A stretch of DNA of 64,000 nucleotides from Eledone cirrhosa (Eukaryota): contig OZ024743.1 in the NCBI GenBank assembly GCA_964016885.1, positions 324,322,001 through 324,386,000 on the forward strand, in the 5' to 3' direction. This document shows positions 1 through 13,819 of the stretch, in pieces. Position numbers and translations under genes: made by a program. Below the pieces are notes generated by a model. The model was not told where the DNA came from and did no database searches. It worked only from the letters and a program-made list of their open reading frames with translations. Numbering within the stretch: position 1 is the first letter of the stretch; the number at the start of each line of letters is the position of its first letter.

Positions 1-208
1 ACAAGATAGAGTAGAAGTTTAAGATCAGAAAGAGGAGGGAGCACAAAAAAACAACAGATAGTCATTGAGGAGGTCACAGAATGTGTGAGGAAAGAACTTG
101 ATGACAAACAAATGAATAATGAGCAGTAAAGATAAAGATAAAGTGAAAGTCATATGATGCATGTGTTTCTTTTTATTGGCAATTGGCAACATGACCATCC
201 TCAAGTAT

Positions 209-268
<60 letters not shown>

Positions 269-511
269 TCTTGATAGAGTAGTAGAGGTGCCGTATTGAC
301 ATACAGCATTTCTTGGGCATTTTAAGGCTGGCAGAGTCCATCACTCACTCTTTCTCTATATATATATAAATATATATATATACAAACATTGAGGACCAAA
401 TGAATTAACTGTGGAGATATAAAAGATACAGAAGTGAAAACCAACCAAACAGCGAGTGCGTCCTGTTATTATTTCTGGCAATATTATTACAACAATATGA
501 CCCTCCCCAAG

Positions 512-897
512 TATGGCTTAGTGGTTAGAGCATTGGGCTTGCAATCGAAAGGTTGTGAGTTCAATTCTCAGACCGGGTGATGTGTTGTTTCCTTGAGCAA
601 GACACTTTATTTCAAATTGCTCCAGTTTACTCAGCTGTAGAAATGAGATGATAGGACTGCGGTCCCTATCATTCCACTGCAAAGTGGTCGTGGAGGTGCC
701 ACGGCAAAAAATCACCCAGCACTCACCGTAAATGAGGTTGGTGTTAGGAAGGGCATCCAGCTGTAGAAATCAAGCCAGAATCAGTTCCTGTATGAGCTAG
801 ACAAGGTCAGCCGACCGGACACTGCCTACAACAGGACAACCCGTCTAACCCATGCTAGCGTGGAAGAACGGACGTAAAACAGTGATGATGATGATGA
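512..897 (+). mobile_element. tRNA-derived CORE-type SINE with RTE-derived 3' tail (tail type A)
   Basis: A-box TGGCTTAGTGG and B-box GAGTTCAATTC; CORE-like CCTTGAGCAAGACACTT...CAGCTGTAGAAATG; last ~185 bp nearly identical to the 3'UTR of the RTE at 13820-14838; ends in (GAT)n. Confidence 0.85.
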
Positions 898-980
898 TAT
901 ATCAGATAGGGTGTGGTAATTAACCTGTTAGCCCATAACCCACCAAAGTACTTGATACTTGGGTAGTAGAGTGGGTAATA

Positions 981-1079
981 TGAAAAGATTCAGGACCCTG
1001 ACGGCAGAGTTCCAGCCCAAGTTCGGATCTAGGTGTCGAAATGGCTGGAGCTCAGCCGTCAGGGTCCTGAATCTTTTCA
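981..1079. repeat. ~100-bp fold-back hairpin / MITE-like element flanked by TA
   Basis: ATATGAAAAGATTCAGGACCCTGACGGC (978-1005) is the exact reverse complement of 1055-1082; the stem extends ~12 bp further with 2 mismatches. Confidence 0.8.
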
Positions 1080-1267
1080 TATAAATATATATACATATAT
1101 ACTAGTAATAATAATAATGGTTTATTTATTTATTTATTTATCTATTTATTATTTATTTATTATTGAAACAAAGTCATTGGATATGACTGAAAAATCTTCC
1201 ATCGTTTTCCCACTCACTTGATGTTTTAATGAAGTTAATATCCTTAAGTTACCAAATATATTATATA

Positions 1268-2828
<1,561 letters not shown>

Positions 2829-2890
2829 CCCATATATATATATATATACCCATGGTAGCATGGAAAGTGGACATTAAACGATAATGAGGA

Positions 2891-2937
<47 letters not shown>

Positions 2938-4155
2938 ATATTAAGAATGGTCTGCTCACGTGCTGAGATGCTATAAGATAGGGTGAAAACCCTTAAAGAT
3001 GGAAAAAGAAGTTGTTCTCGACCGTTATGCGTGTGTGCGGTGTGGTGTGTGAGTGTATGTGAGAACCTGCCAGAAACAGTCCTATATGAACAAGAACAGT
3101 CACCTGACCCAACTTGCTTCAAATGGGACAAACCCGTCTAACCCATGCTAGCGTGGAAGATAGACGTTAATCAATGATGATGATGATGATTGCTGGAACA
3201 CCTTTGATCATAGCTCTACTGAATTAGAATTGAGTTGAAACTAAATTTTAACAATAATAACTCCTCCATACTGCCAAAGCTCAAATATTTTTCACAGAAC
3301 TCAGAATCTCCAGAAATATTCAAGTGGGTGGCTGCTTGTTTACTGCAAACATTTTTCCAGTTTAGAAACGTGAAATACTTTCACAAGCCAAAATAAGTGA
3401 GTGGGATTTGAGAGAACAATTCAAGTTTAAATCAACATTTAATAATTATTATAATTATGATAATAATAAATTTTGAAAAAAAAAAAAAATGAACATTTAT
3501 TTTTTTAATTTTCATTGATATGAAAAACTAAATTTCAATATCAGTGTTTAGTTTTTTAAAAAGAATTCAATATCATTGTCTTAGGTTTGGATTTATGAAA
3601 ACATTTTTTATCAATATAGAATTTTAAAATAAAAATCATAAAAAATCATTAAAAAATGTAAAGAAATAGAGTAAAAAATTCAAAAATTAAATGAAGTAAA
3701 AATAAAAATAGATAGAGGAAATCATTTTTATTCAAAAATTTCTTTATTTTTTAGTTTTTTAGTTTTTCGTGTAAAATGACTTCAAATTAATTAATTTTTC
3801 ATTCATTCTTGTGAAAGAAAATTCAATCTCAACACTGTAACCACCAAGATACTCATCAACCTTCAGTTAGTGTTCCAATAACAAATTGCTCTTCCACCCA
3901 CCTTCTTTCTTAATCATCTTTTTTTCTCTTTCACTTTCTGTACTTTCTTCTACTTGTTTCAGACATTAGACTGCGACCATGCTGGGGCACTGTCTTCAAG
4001 AGATTTAATCAATCATATAAACCCCAGTACTTGATTTTTTCAAATCTGGCACTTATTTAATCAATCTCCTTTTGTCAAACCATTAAATTATGGAACATAA
4101 ACAAACAGTAAATGTAAACACATATATAAATATTTATACATATATATGTATGTAT

Positions 4156-4494
4156 TTCATTTCATTTTCATTTTACGTCTGCTTTTCCCTGCTTGCAAGG
4201 GTGGGACGGGAACTGATTCTGGCTTGATTTCTACAGCTGGATGCCCTTCCTAACACCAACCTCATTTTACAGTGAGTGCTGGGTGCTTTTTTGCCGTGGC
4301 ACCTCCACGACCACTTTGCAGTGGAATGATAGGGACCCCAGTCCCTATCATCTCATTTCTACAGCTGAGTAAACTGGAGCAATGTGAAATAAAGTGTCTT
4401 GTTCAAGGAAACAACACATCACCCGGTCTGAGAATTGAACTCACAACCTTTCGATTGCAAGGCCAGTGCTCTAACCACTAAGCCATGTGCCTCC
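4156..4494 (-). mobile_element. CORE-type SINE, same head and body as 512-897 but tail type B
   Basis: Reverse complement of the 512-788 body; tail CCCACCCTTGCAAGCAGGGAAAAGCAGACGTAAAATG. Confidence 0.85.
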
Positions 4495-4527
4495 AATGTA
4501 TGTATATATATATATATGTGTATGTAT

Positions 4528-4562
<35 letters not shown>

Positions 4563-4567
4563 CATAC

Positions 4568-4598
<31 letters not shown>

Positions 4599-4609
4599 CA
4601 TTATATATA

Positions 4610-4816
4610 TATATATATATATCATCATCATCATCATTTCATTATAATAAATGTTCAGTGAATCCATACGTACATATATATATGTGTGCATGTATGTATA
4701 TATATATATACATACTACTGTACGTCTGTATACATATATGTATGTACGTGTACATACTTATATTTAAGTAACAGCCGTACTAAGAGTGGGAAATGAAATT
4801 TTGTTTCATTTTTTCC

Positions 4817-4856
<40 letters not shown>

Positions 4857-5013
4857 TTAAATATAAGTATGTACACGTACATACATATATGTATACAGAC
4901 GTACAGTAGTATGTATATATATATACATACATGCACACATATATATATGTACGTATGGATTCACCGAACATTTATTATAATGAAATGATGATGATGATGA
5001 TATATATATATAT
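4610..5013. repeat. Inverted duplication (~160-bp arms, ~85-bp spacer)
   Basis: 4610-4770 is the near-exact reverse complement of 4854-5013. Confidence 0.85.
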
Positions 5014-5318
5014 AAAACAAATTTAATATAGAAATGGCTTCTAAAGGACTAGAACTGTTTCATTCAAAGGAAATCATCAGGAAAGACGACTTGCAATGCA
5101 AGTCAGCTTTTCTATATTAAATTTGTTGTATACACTCTACTTGTATGCACCTCTAATTCTATATACGTTACAGTTTATCTACAGTTGTTGTCTTCCCGTT
5201 TCTTCTACAACAACTATAACGGTACGCGATGGGGCCCACCCACAGCCCCAGTGGACAGAATGGAGAAGGTGTTTCCCCGGAGGACGGCAAGGGAGACGCG
5301 CTGGAAAAGCCACTCCAA

Positions 5319-5710
5319 TTAGTGGGGCTCACACCTGCGGCTGGCCAGCTCAGCGCCTATGGTGGTGAGTAAGGAGGTAGCCCTGGGGCCGAGGACACCA
5401 GAAGTCTCCACTGCCAGGGGTATGACCGCAAACCTGTTCGAGAGCGACTGGTATTTGAGGAGTTTGGCCCCCTCAGCCCGACGTGCAGCAGAACCAGGGT
5501 CAGTCGCAGACTGCACCAGGTTGCGACTGCAGAAAGTGTCAGTGCAAGTGGCATCCCAGATGAGGGGTTTGCCACCCCGGAATGGGAAGATGGTCATGCC
5601 ATCTGGCCTTTTGCTGTCCCCTCGATCCAGTCCCACCGGCTCGAGCTGGGAAGGGAAGCCTGCAGCATCCAAGCCATGCTTAATGACCTCATTGAGGGCA
5701 GCATGGCATG
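5319..5710 (-). pseudogene. Restriction-like endonuclease (RLE) domain fragment of a CRE-like non-LTR retrotransposon
   Basis: HAALNEVIK...LEP...KRPDG...WDATCTD...AE..K..KY...PLAVETSG, the PD-(D/E)xK pattern typical of CRE/RLE clades; GC-rich island. Confidence 0.8.
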
Positions 5711-5769
5711 GAATGCATGAGTACCTTATTTATTCTGGTTACCCCTGATTGTATTCGACACACACACAT

Positions 5770-5820
<51 letters not shown>

Positions 5821-5894
5821 TGCACACACACACACACAAACACATATATAATTCAAAATTCAATAAGACAAAGGATTAGTATTATTATTATTCC

Positions 5895-6095
5895 TTTATG
5901 GTGGATTGGCAGTATTGGTAGAGAGTCGGACGCCATGCTTTGATGCATAGAGTTACATCCTTTTACGGTCTGAGTTCAAATCCCGCCGAGGTTAACTTTG
6001 CCTGTCATCCTTACGGGGTTGATAAAATAAAGTACCAGTAATGTACTGGCTAATAGCTGGCCTTGTGCCAAAAGTAGAAACAATTATTATTATTC
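5895..6095 (+). mobile_element. Second tRNA-derived SINE family (further copies ~8965-9090 -, 11293-11415 +, 12350-12505 -, 12660-12820 -, 15110-15315 -, 16100-16320 +, 33855-33930 +)
   Basis: A-box TGGCAGTATTGG and B-box GAGTTCAAATC; conserved GAGGTTAACTTTGCCTTTCATCCTTACGGGGTCGATAAAATAAAGTACCAG body; (ATT)n tail; recurs at least 7 times. Confidence 0.8.
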
Positions 6096-6457
6096 ATTTA
6101 TATATCCTTTATTATTCTTAATAATTCCTTTTGATTTTAATCAATTTATTGATATTTTTTATTATTTTTCCTGAAGAGATACAGTTTTGAGTAAACCACC
6201 TATAATGGAGTCACTTAGCTTATAATATCTTTTTTTTCTCCGCAATTGATGAAATACACTAGCTTGAAACGACCATAGATGTATAAATAAATAATAATAA
6301 TAATAATAATCCTTGGTCTTATTGAATTTTAAATTATAACTGCTTTGCTACTATAACTGTTCGCTCCTGAAGAACAAAGAGTAAAAATGTGCATTGAGCT
6401 TAACTCATCTTACCAATGAAAATAGTGAACTATTACACTATAACCTCATATATTACC

Positions 6458-6489
<32 letters not shown>

Positions 6490-6537
6490 AGCAGGGAAAG
6501 CGGAGGTTAAAATGACAATGGTGATGATGATGATACA

Positions 6538-8246
6538 TCTACTATATAAATGGCAATTACTGTCTGTCTATGTATCTGTGTATCTATGTATAACCAATTG
6601 GTGCCTTCACCAGTGATCCGATCCTGATGAAATTTTACACACATGTTAAGCTAATATTCAGAAACAGGACTGGATTTCAATAAAAATCAATAATGGAATC
6701 CCTGAGGACATCTTTACAATGGAAGAGGAAAGGGAAGACATTTCAGTGAGAGAGGGGGAAGAGGAGATACTACTACTGTATGTTAAACCCTCCCTCCCAC
6801 TACACCCCTTCCTCCTGCCACAAGTCAGTCCTCCAAAACGAGGCAACAACTTATAAAAAGAAATTTCAAACAAAGCAGACGACAATCTAATTTTGGTTGA
6901 TGACTGAACAGATGTCTCTGTATATATATCTCCAAGACAATGTCACTGGACCGAGACCTTTGGCGGTACTCAGTAATAGAGAAGACCCGCCTTACCTAAA
7001 TACAAAGTAAAACCTACAACAGTCAGTAGGCATCTCTAACAAAATACACCCCCATCCCACCACCCCCACCCCATCCACACCGCCCCTTTCAATGTAAAGT
7101 TATGTTGGTGCCACAAAATCCAGGCCGAAACAAATGAGATCATGTAGGTGTCACGACAAAAAAACACAGTCCACGCTGTAATGTGGCCGTGTAGGCAACA
7201 CGGTAAAAATCTCCCAGCCCCACACTGTTAAATGTGGTTGGTGTTAGGAAGGGCATCCAACTGTAGAAAACCCGCCAGACAGTCCTATGCGAGTAAGACA
7301 ACCACTCTTGCCTCAAGTGGGAAAACTCCCGTCCAAACCCATGCAAGCGTGGAACATGGACGTTAAACGATGATGATGATGATGATCACATCCACTTATA
7401 TGGAGTCTGAACACGTACACACGCTTAGGTCACATTAAGGTCAACTGAAGGAATCGGTGATAAGTAACAAAAAGGTGTGATGATCAATGATCTGAAAGTT
7501 GGCTTACCATGAGATTGTCTGAAGAATAAAACCCAAATCGTATGTTGACGAATATTCGTACTCCCAGCATGTTAATTGTAACATGCCATCTTTGAGAGTA
7601 GAGTTTATTTTGTCAATATTTCGAGGTGTCAGATTGTGGGAAGATTAACACGTATTAAAAAGATGTAACTTCTCCCCCATTATTGACACTTTGCAACAGT
7701 GAATGTTACAAGGCCCTCTTTAGAGCCAACACATTGTTTATCTGATTTATTATGGTGTGTTTTCTTGGGTTATGTCTACTATAGGGGGAAAACGGAATGG
7801 TTTTATTGAATTGCTTCAGTCATTTGAAGGGCTTTACAAACGGTGATATACAGGGTGCTTGAACAGTACCTGAATATGTTCACTTGGTTATAATTTCTTC
7901 AATAATTGTGATGACTTCCTCAATTGTTCTGTGTTTGTTCTTGAATGCTAAGGCAGTAAGTTTACTATTCTTATACATAAGTTTGTTGAATAAGTTTGAT
8001 ACTCTTTGAGCTCAAACTTCCCCGGCTTATTCACGCTGAACGATAAAAGCTGGATTGAAGAAGGACTTATGACTTAAACAGCTATTAATAGTTCCATACA
8101 AAAAATTGATCTGCCATAAACACACCTAGCAAAGGTTGCTATTGAACATCCAGTATGGGCACCCAGGATCGCTAGCATTTTCAGGCGCACTCTGGGAACT
8201 GCAAATAACCCCACCTTTCCTGGGTATTACTGGGTACTGCAGCTAG
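6538..8246 (+). mobile_element. Non-autonomous Helitron containing a nested RTE fragment
   Basis: A|TCTACTATATAAA 5' end at 6538; decayed subterminal hairpin CCTGGGTATTACTGGG then CTAG|T at 8243-8247; inserted between A and T. Confidence 0.65.
6931..7386 (+). mobile_element. 5'-truncated RTE LINE 3' end, same family as 29653-32826
   Basis: Close match to the reverse complement of 29653-30122, including the last codons (DRDLWRYSV) and the (GAT)n tail. Confidence 0.9.
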
Positions 8247-8699
8247 TACTTATATATATATAAGCATAGAAAGGCAGGCATAACATGATGATGGTGGTAG
8301 TGGTGTTGACAACAATGATGATGATTTCACATCTTCACAAGTATTTACAAGTTCTACACCAAGTTTTCACTTCTAAACAGTGTAATTCTCCTATTTGTTA
8401 TTCAGAATGAAAGACTTAACTAAAATAAATGTAAGCTAGCTGTAAACTTTTTCCAAATCATTGCTTTGCTACCATTAGCTTACTCAACCAAATCTGCTTA
8501 GTATCAAAACATAGCTGTTTTTTTCATTATCCCGACTAAGGCATACAAATTCAGTTAGTAATATAATTAATGTATGAAAGCATTCTGAGTAATTGAAGTC
8601 ATTATTCTGCTCAAAGTTCAAATGCAGCATATATATTATGAATGGACTTTAATAACTATTAATTCTTTTTCTTGGAACATTCATATGAACAGTCCTATT

Positions 8700-8922
8700 T
8701 TAACCTTTTAGCATTTAAACTGGCCATATCTGGCCAGAATTCTCTCCCCTCTTTCTGTTCAAACAGGTTGTAACTGTCTGCTCATACTGATGTTAACATA
8801 TTGTTCTCAAAATATATATCAAAATCTCATAGATCCGATATTATGTGAGACAATTATGTGAGATAAAGCCTTTTTATGTAAAAATACAATAGTTATAAGT
8901 AATGTAAATACAAAAGGATTAA
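8700..8922. mobile_element. TTAA-flanked MITE (piggyBac-like ends); second copy at ~42928-43144
   Basis: TTAACCTTTTAGCATTTA ... TAAATACAAAAGGATTAA; the homologous copy ends TAAATGTTAAAGGGTTAA. Confidence 0.6.
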
Positions 8923-9572
8923 AAGGAATCCTTTCTTGAATCATTCTTTGGGAAAAATAAAAGGATTTCTAATTTAGGCACAAAGGCAGCAGTTTGAGGG
9001 AAGGGTAAATTAAATTAAATTGATTCCAGTATTTGACTGGTACTTTATTTCATCATTCCCAGAACAATGAAAGGCAAAGGTGACTTCACTAAACAACAAC
9101 ATCAATGATTTCTATCATTAGAGCCAGAGCTCCTTCAAATAACAAAATAGCAAAGGACACATCAGATAATGCACTCTTAGATAGCACTAAAATGATGAGA
9201 TGGTCATGACTGGAATGTCACTAATTATAGGTTTGCTAGATTAGGATTAACATTTTTGTTTTAAAGTGTATATATTTCTCTAAATATCTTCCAAAATAAT
9301 GTTATGTAAGAACCTGTGTAACGTTATATTCCAAACACCAGATAAATAATAATAAACTTAGTTTTATTACTAAATCCCTCCAGATTTTTTTTTTTTTTTG
9401 TCAAAAGTAAGTTGGAGAAACACACATTTGTAGCTCTGAATTTCATTTTCTCTCTCATTCACACCCCCCACTCTTCATTCTCTCTTCATCTCTCTCACTC
9501 TCTCTCCATCTTTCTCTCTTTGTCTTTCTCATTCTCTCTCTTCCTCTCTCTCTCTCTCTTTATCTCTCCGTC

Positions 9573-10362
9573 TATCAGATTGGGCTGGATTGGATCAGAC
9601 GAGATTGGATCGGATTTGACAGATATTAATCCAGTTTGATCTGACCGAATCCGATCAGATCCAACTCATTTTGATCCAATCTGGACTATTTTGATATGAT
9701 CCAAGCTGATCCTATCTGGCACAATCTGGACTGGAACAATCCAATCCAGACTGATACCGATCCGATCTAATTTGGTCTGGACTGATCCAGTCTGGTCTGA
9801 TCAGATCCAGTCCAGTCTAATCCGATAAGGTAAGATCTGATCCAATCTGGTCAGATCCAATCTGTTCTGGACTGATCTGGTCCAATTTAATCTAATGTGA
9901 TCAGGTCCATATCTGATTTGGAGCAATCTGATCTTGCCTGACCCCGGTTTGATCAGATCCAGTCTGGTCTAATCTGGCCCGATCCAGTCTGGTTTCATCT
10001 GATCCAGTTCAATCCGGTCGGATCCTATCTGTTCTGATCTGATCTTATCTGATCCGATCCAATCTGATCTGATCCAGTCTGAGCCAATCTGGTGTGATCT
10101 GGTCTAACTCAATCTGGTCTGGAGCAATCTGATCTGGCCTGATCTCAATCTGATCAGATCTGGTCTGAACTGACCCAGTCTGGTCTAATCCAGTCTGATC
10201 TGATCTGGCCCGATCTGGTCTGATCTGATCTCATCTGGTTCAATCTAGTCAGATCTGATCCAGTCTGATCTGATCCATTTTGACCTGATTCGCTCTGATT
10301 CAATCTGGCCTGATACGGTTTGATTCAACCCGGTCTAATCCAATCTGTTTTGCTCTGACCTG
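9573..10362. repeat. Degenerate pentanucleotide satellite (GATCT/GATCC/AGTCT/GGTCT)n
   Basis: 5-bp periodicity over ~790 bp, preceded by (CT)n at 9447-9570. Confidence 0.85.
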
Positions 10363-10454
10363 GAGAAGGATGAACTCTGCCAGGTTTAAGATGCCAAAGA
10401 CATGCCGTTTATCAGAACAGAACCCCCCACCCGCCCTGACTCTATCAAGAGTTA

Positions 10455-11295
10455 TGAGCCCTTGGGTGTTGGACGGATGGACCAGTTAAATTGTTTGGGG
10501 TCTGGTTTGGACCGGTCCTCCAGATGGACAAAAATTGGGATTGGGATGAGGTAACAAGCGAGGAGGCCTGTCTCACCCAGAAATGGGCTGTAAGGAAGCT
10601 ATCCTTGAAAGGTCAAGCAGTGGTGGCAGACGCATACATTGCTTCTGAAATCTATTACCACCTTGACCTAGTCCATGTCTGACTTCACTGGAACATCTAC
10701 ACTTTTGCTTTTTGTTGAAGGGACAAATTCCATTAGTCAAGCAGTCCATCTACTGTTAACATCTGCTGTGTGGAGAATTGGGCATGCCGTGACTGATGAT
10801 ATGTAAACATGCACTGTGGCTACAACATCTCCAACTGTTCTCTGATGGTGAACTTGTGTGGTCACCATTTGCTAGACATGTTTTTCATATCCTTAATGGA
10901 GCTTCAGTCCTGGGTCAGGCAAAAACCAAGAGGCAGTGCTTGGAGACTGGAATGTCTTCAAGCACTCACAGCCTGCGGCCAATTAGGGAGTACAATCTTA
11001 GAAGTCTATAGAGGGTTAGTGGTGGGGAAAAACAACAATGTTCTTGGGGAGACTCTGGGCATTGATGAAAATCAACTAGCCTCTCTTTTCCAGATGCCCA
11101 TGGATAACTTCCAGAAATCCCATGCCTGGCAATGCTACCGAGGAGCTTTGCCAGTATGAGATAAACTCTACAGACATGGAAGTACCATCAGCCAGGCTAA
11201 TCTGAGAGGCATGCAGGACGACGAAACCATCCTGCATGCACTCATCTAGTGTCTGACTATTGCTGATGTGTGGGTTTATGTTGAGCACCTGCTGA
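10455..11295 (+). pseudogene. Old degraded Tx1 ORF2 C-terminal remnant
   Basis: GPVKLFGVWFGP, KLSLKG, ELQSWVRQKPR and MDNFQKSHAWQCYRGALPV align with the Tx1 copies; many stops and frameshifts; cut by a SINE at 11293. Confidence 0.85.
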
Positions 11296-13084
11296 GTTCA
11301 AGTCCCGTTGAGGTTAACTTTGCCTTTCACCCTTATGAGGTCGATAAAATAAAGTACCTGTAATGCACTGGGATAAATGCTGGACTTGTGCAGAAAGTAG
11401 AAACAATTATTATTTTACATTCACTTTCTATACTGTAATGAATTGGACAGGTTGCCATACATACACACACATACTGACCTATACACACACATATAAGCAC
11501 ATAAATACACACACAAACATATGTACATTTACATAACCCCCACACACATATCCATTCATATACTCACATATATGTATTTACACACGGAAACATATGCACG
11601 CATATATACAAGACCAGACAGACCAGAGTGACCTCATCTTGTACATATGTTTCATATTTGGCGTGGCTTCTATGGTTGGATGCTTTTCCTAATGCTTCCA
11701 GAGTGTACTGGGTGAGTTTTCTATGATACCAAGCACAACCATTTTACACAGTAAGTAACCAGCTTAATGATGAGAAAGTTAGTTATATAACTAAATTCCA
11801 CCAAATACTTGATTATTTATTTTATTATTTAGAAATCATAGATAGTGTATTTCATTAGAAATATGGTAATGAAAATGTTAAATTTATTTTCCTCTCTCAC
11901 ACCATTAAGAGAAGGCACTGAAAAGGGTGATTATCATTGCCTTCCCTTACTAAATAAAAAGTTAAAGGCTATTTAACTTCTGAGAATGTTGTAGGGGCAG
12001 TCTCTTGAACCCACATTAATGTAGTTGTAAACAAACTCCATAACAACTAAACTATGCCTATGTTTACACATCTGTATTTTAAACCAGGTAGAGCCTATCC
12101 CTTCCTAAAACTGGCAGAGTGCATCCGTCCTCAGATAAAATTACAGTCAATTTCCTCCAGAGAAAAAGCGACAGAGAGAGAGAGAGATAGAGAAAGAAAA
12201 AGATAGATAATGGCATACAGTGTATCCTGGGCATTTTAAGCCTGTCAGAGCCTGTCACCTCTCCAGGTCTGAATACAGCAGATTTCTTCAAGAGAGAGTG
12301 ATAGAGAGAGAGATAGAGAGGAAGTGAGAAATAGATACAGAGGAAGAATCGACCACAATACTAAACTAGTACTTTTTTTTATCAAATCTCGAAAGGATTA
12401 AAGGCAAAGTTGATCTCGGCGGGATTTGAGCTCAGAGAACAGTCAGCCAGAATGAATACTGCAAACATTCTATCCAATGTTCTAACAACTCTGCCAGTTC
12501 ACTATCTGTTAAGTAAAGTAGGATAAAGGATAAAGATTCCATAATTCCTTGTGGAGTTGTAGAGGCACCTTCATACGGCATGTCTAGGGAACTTTTAAAC
12601 CTGGCGGAGCCCAACCCTCTCCAGGTCTGAACACAGCCAATTTTTTTCTGTAGAGGAAGAATCAACCCCAGTACTGGACTGGTACTTTTTTATCAACCTC
12701 GACAGAATGAAAGGCAAAGTTGACCATGGCGGGATTTGAACTCAGAGCATGCAGTGAGGTGGGAAGAATACCATAAAGCATTCTACCCGACGTCTTAATG
12801 ATTCTGCCAATTCACCACCTTGTTAAGTAAAGTAGCTAATCATTAAATCAGATGAAAGAAATATGTCAAATATATAATATCCTTGTTATACCTTTTCATT
12901 GTATGAGGTCAATAAGTATGAAATGTCCGATTTCAAATTAAAAGTGCTCAAGAAAATCGTACATTTCATACTTAAAGATTGAACACTTATTCTATGCAAC
13001 AGGATGTAAAACAAGAAGGTTGTCATTGAAAACACCTTGCTCCACTTTATTCTATTGCAGCCAGAAATCAAGAGCTATAGGTGT

Positions 13085-13800
13085 GCATGACTCAGTAGTG
13101 GGATTGTTGTTGCTGTTGTTGTTACTGTTGTTGCTGCTGTTGTTGTTATTGTTGCAGCTGCGGCTGTTGTTATTGTCATTGGCAGCAGTGTTGCTGCTAT
13201 TGTTGTTATTGCTGTTGTTGTTGTGAATGATATTTGTCATATATCTTGTATATTTATGGAGGAGCAATGACTCAGAAAATTGCTGATTTTAACACCACTA
13301 CCACCTCTGACATTATACACATTACCACTACTGCCACCACCACCACCACTGTCACTGTCACCACCACTGCCACCACCATCACTACCATCACCACCATCAC
13401 CACCACCACAACAACAAGTACCACCATCACCACTGCCACCAAAACCACAACTACCACCACAACCACAACTACCACCACTGTCACTGTCACCACTACTGCC
13501 ACAACCACAACCACCACCACCAACACTGACACCACCACCCCTACCACCACCACCACCACAACAACAACAATAAGCACCACCTATAACACCACAACCACCA
13601 CCACCAACACTGACACCACCACCCCTACCACCAACACCACCACCACAACAATAAGCACCACTTATAACACCACAACCACCACCACCACCCCTACCTCCAC
13701 AACCACCACCATCACCATCTCTACCACCACTGCCACCAAAATCACCTATGCCAGCAACACTGCCACAATCACCATTACTATCATCACCACCATCATATTG
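13085..13800. repeat. (GTT/GCT)n and (ACC)n trinucleotide low-complexity tracts
   Basis: Direct reading; the poly-T/P/G/V ORFs here are artefacts of the repeats. Confidence 0.9.
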
Positions 13801-13819
13801 GCAATGCAATCCCTGAGTT

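Noticed and set aside
512-590. tRNA genes at SINE heads (also ~4420-4494 and ~37350-37423)
   Set aside because: A and B boxes are present but run directly into SINE body and LINE-derived tail; no complete acceptor stem was seen.
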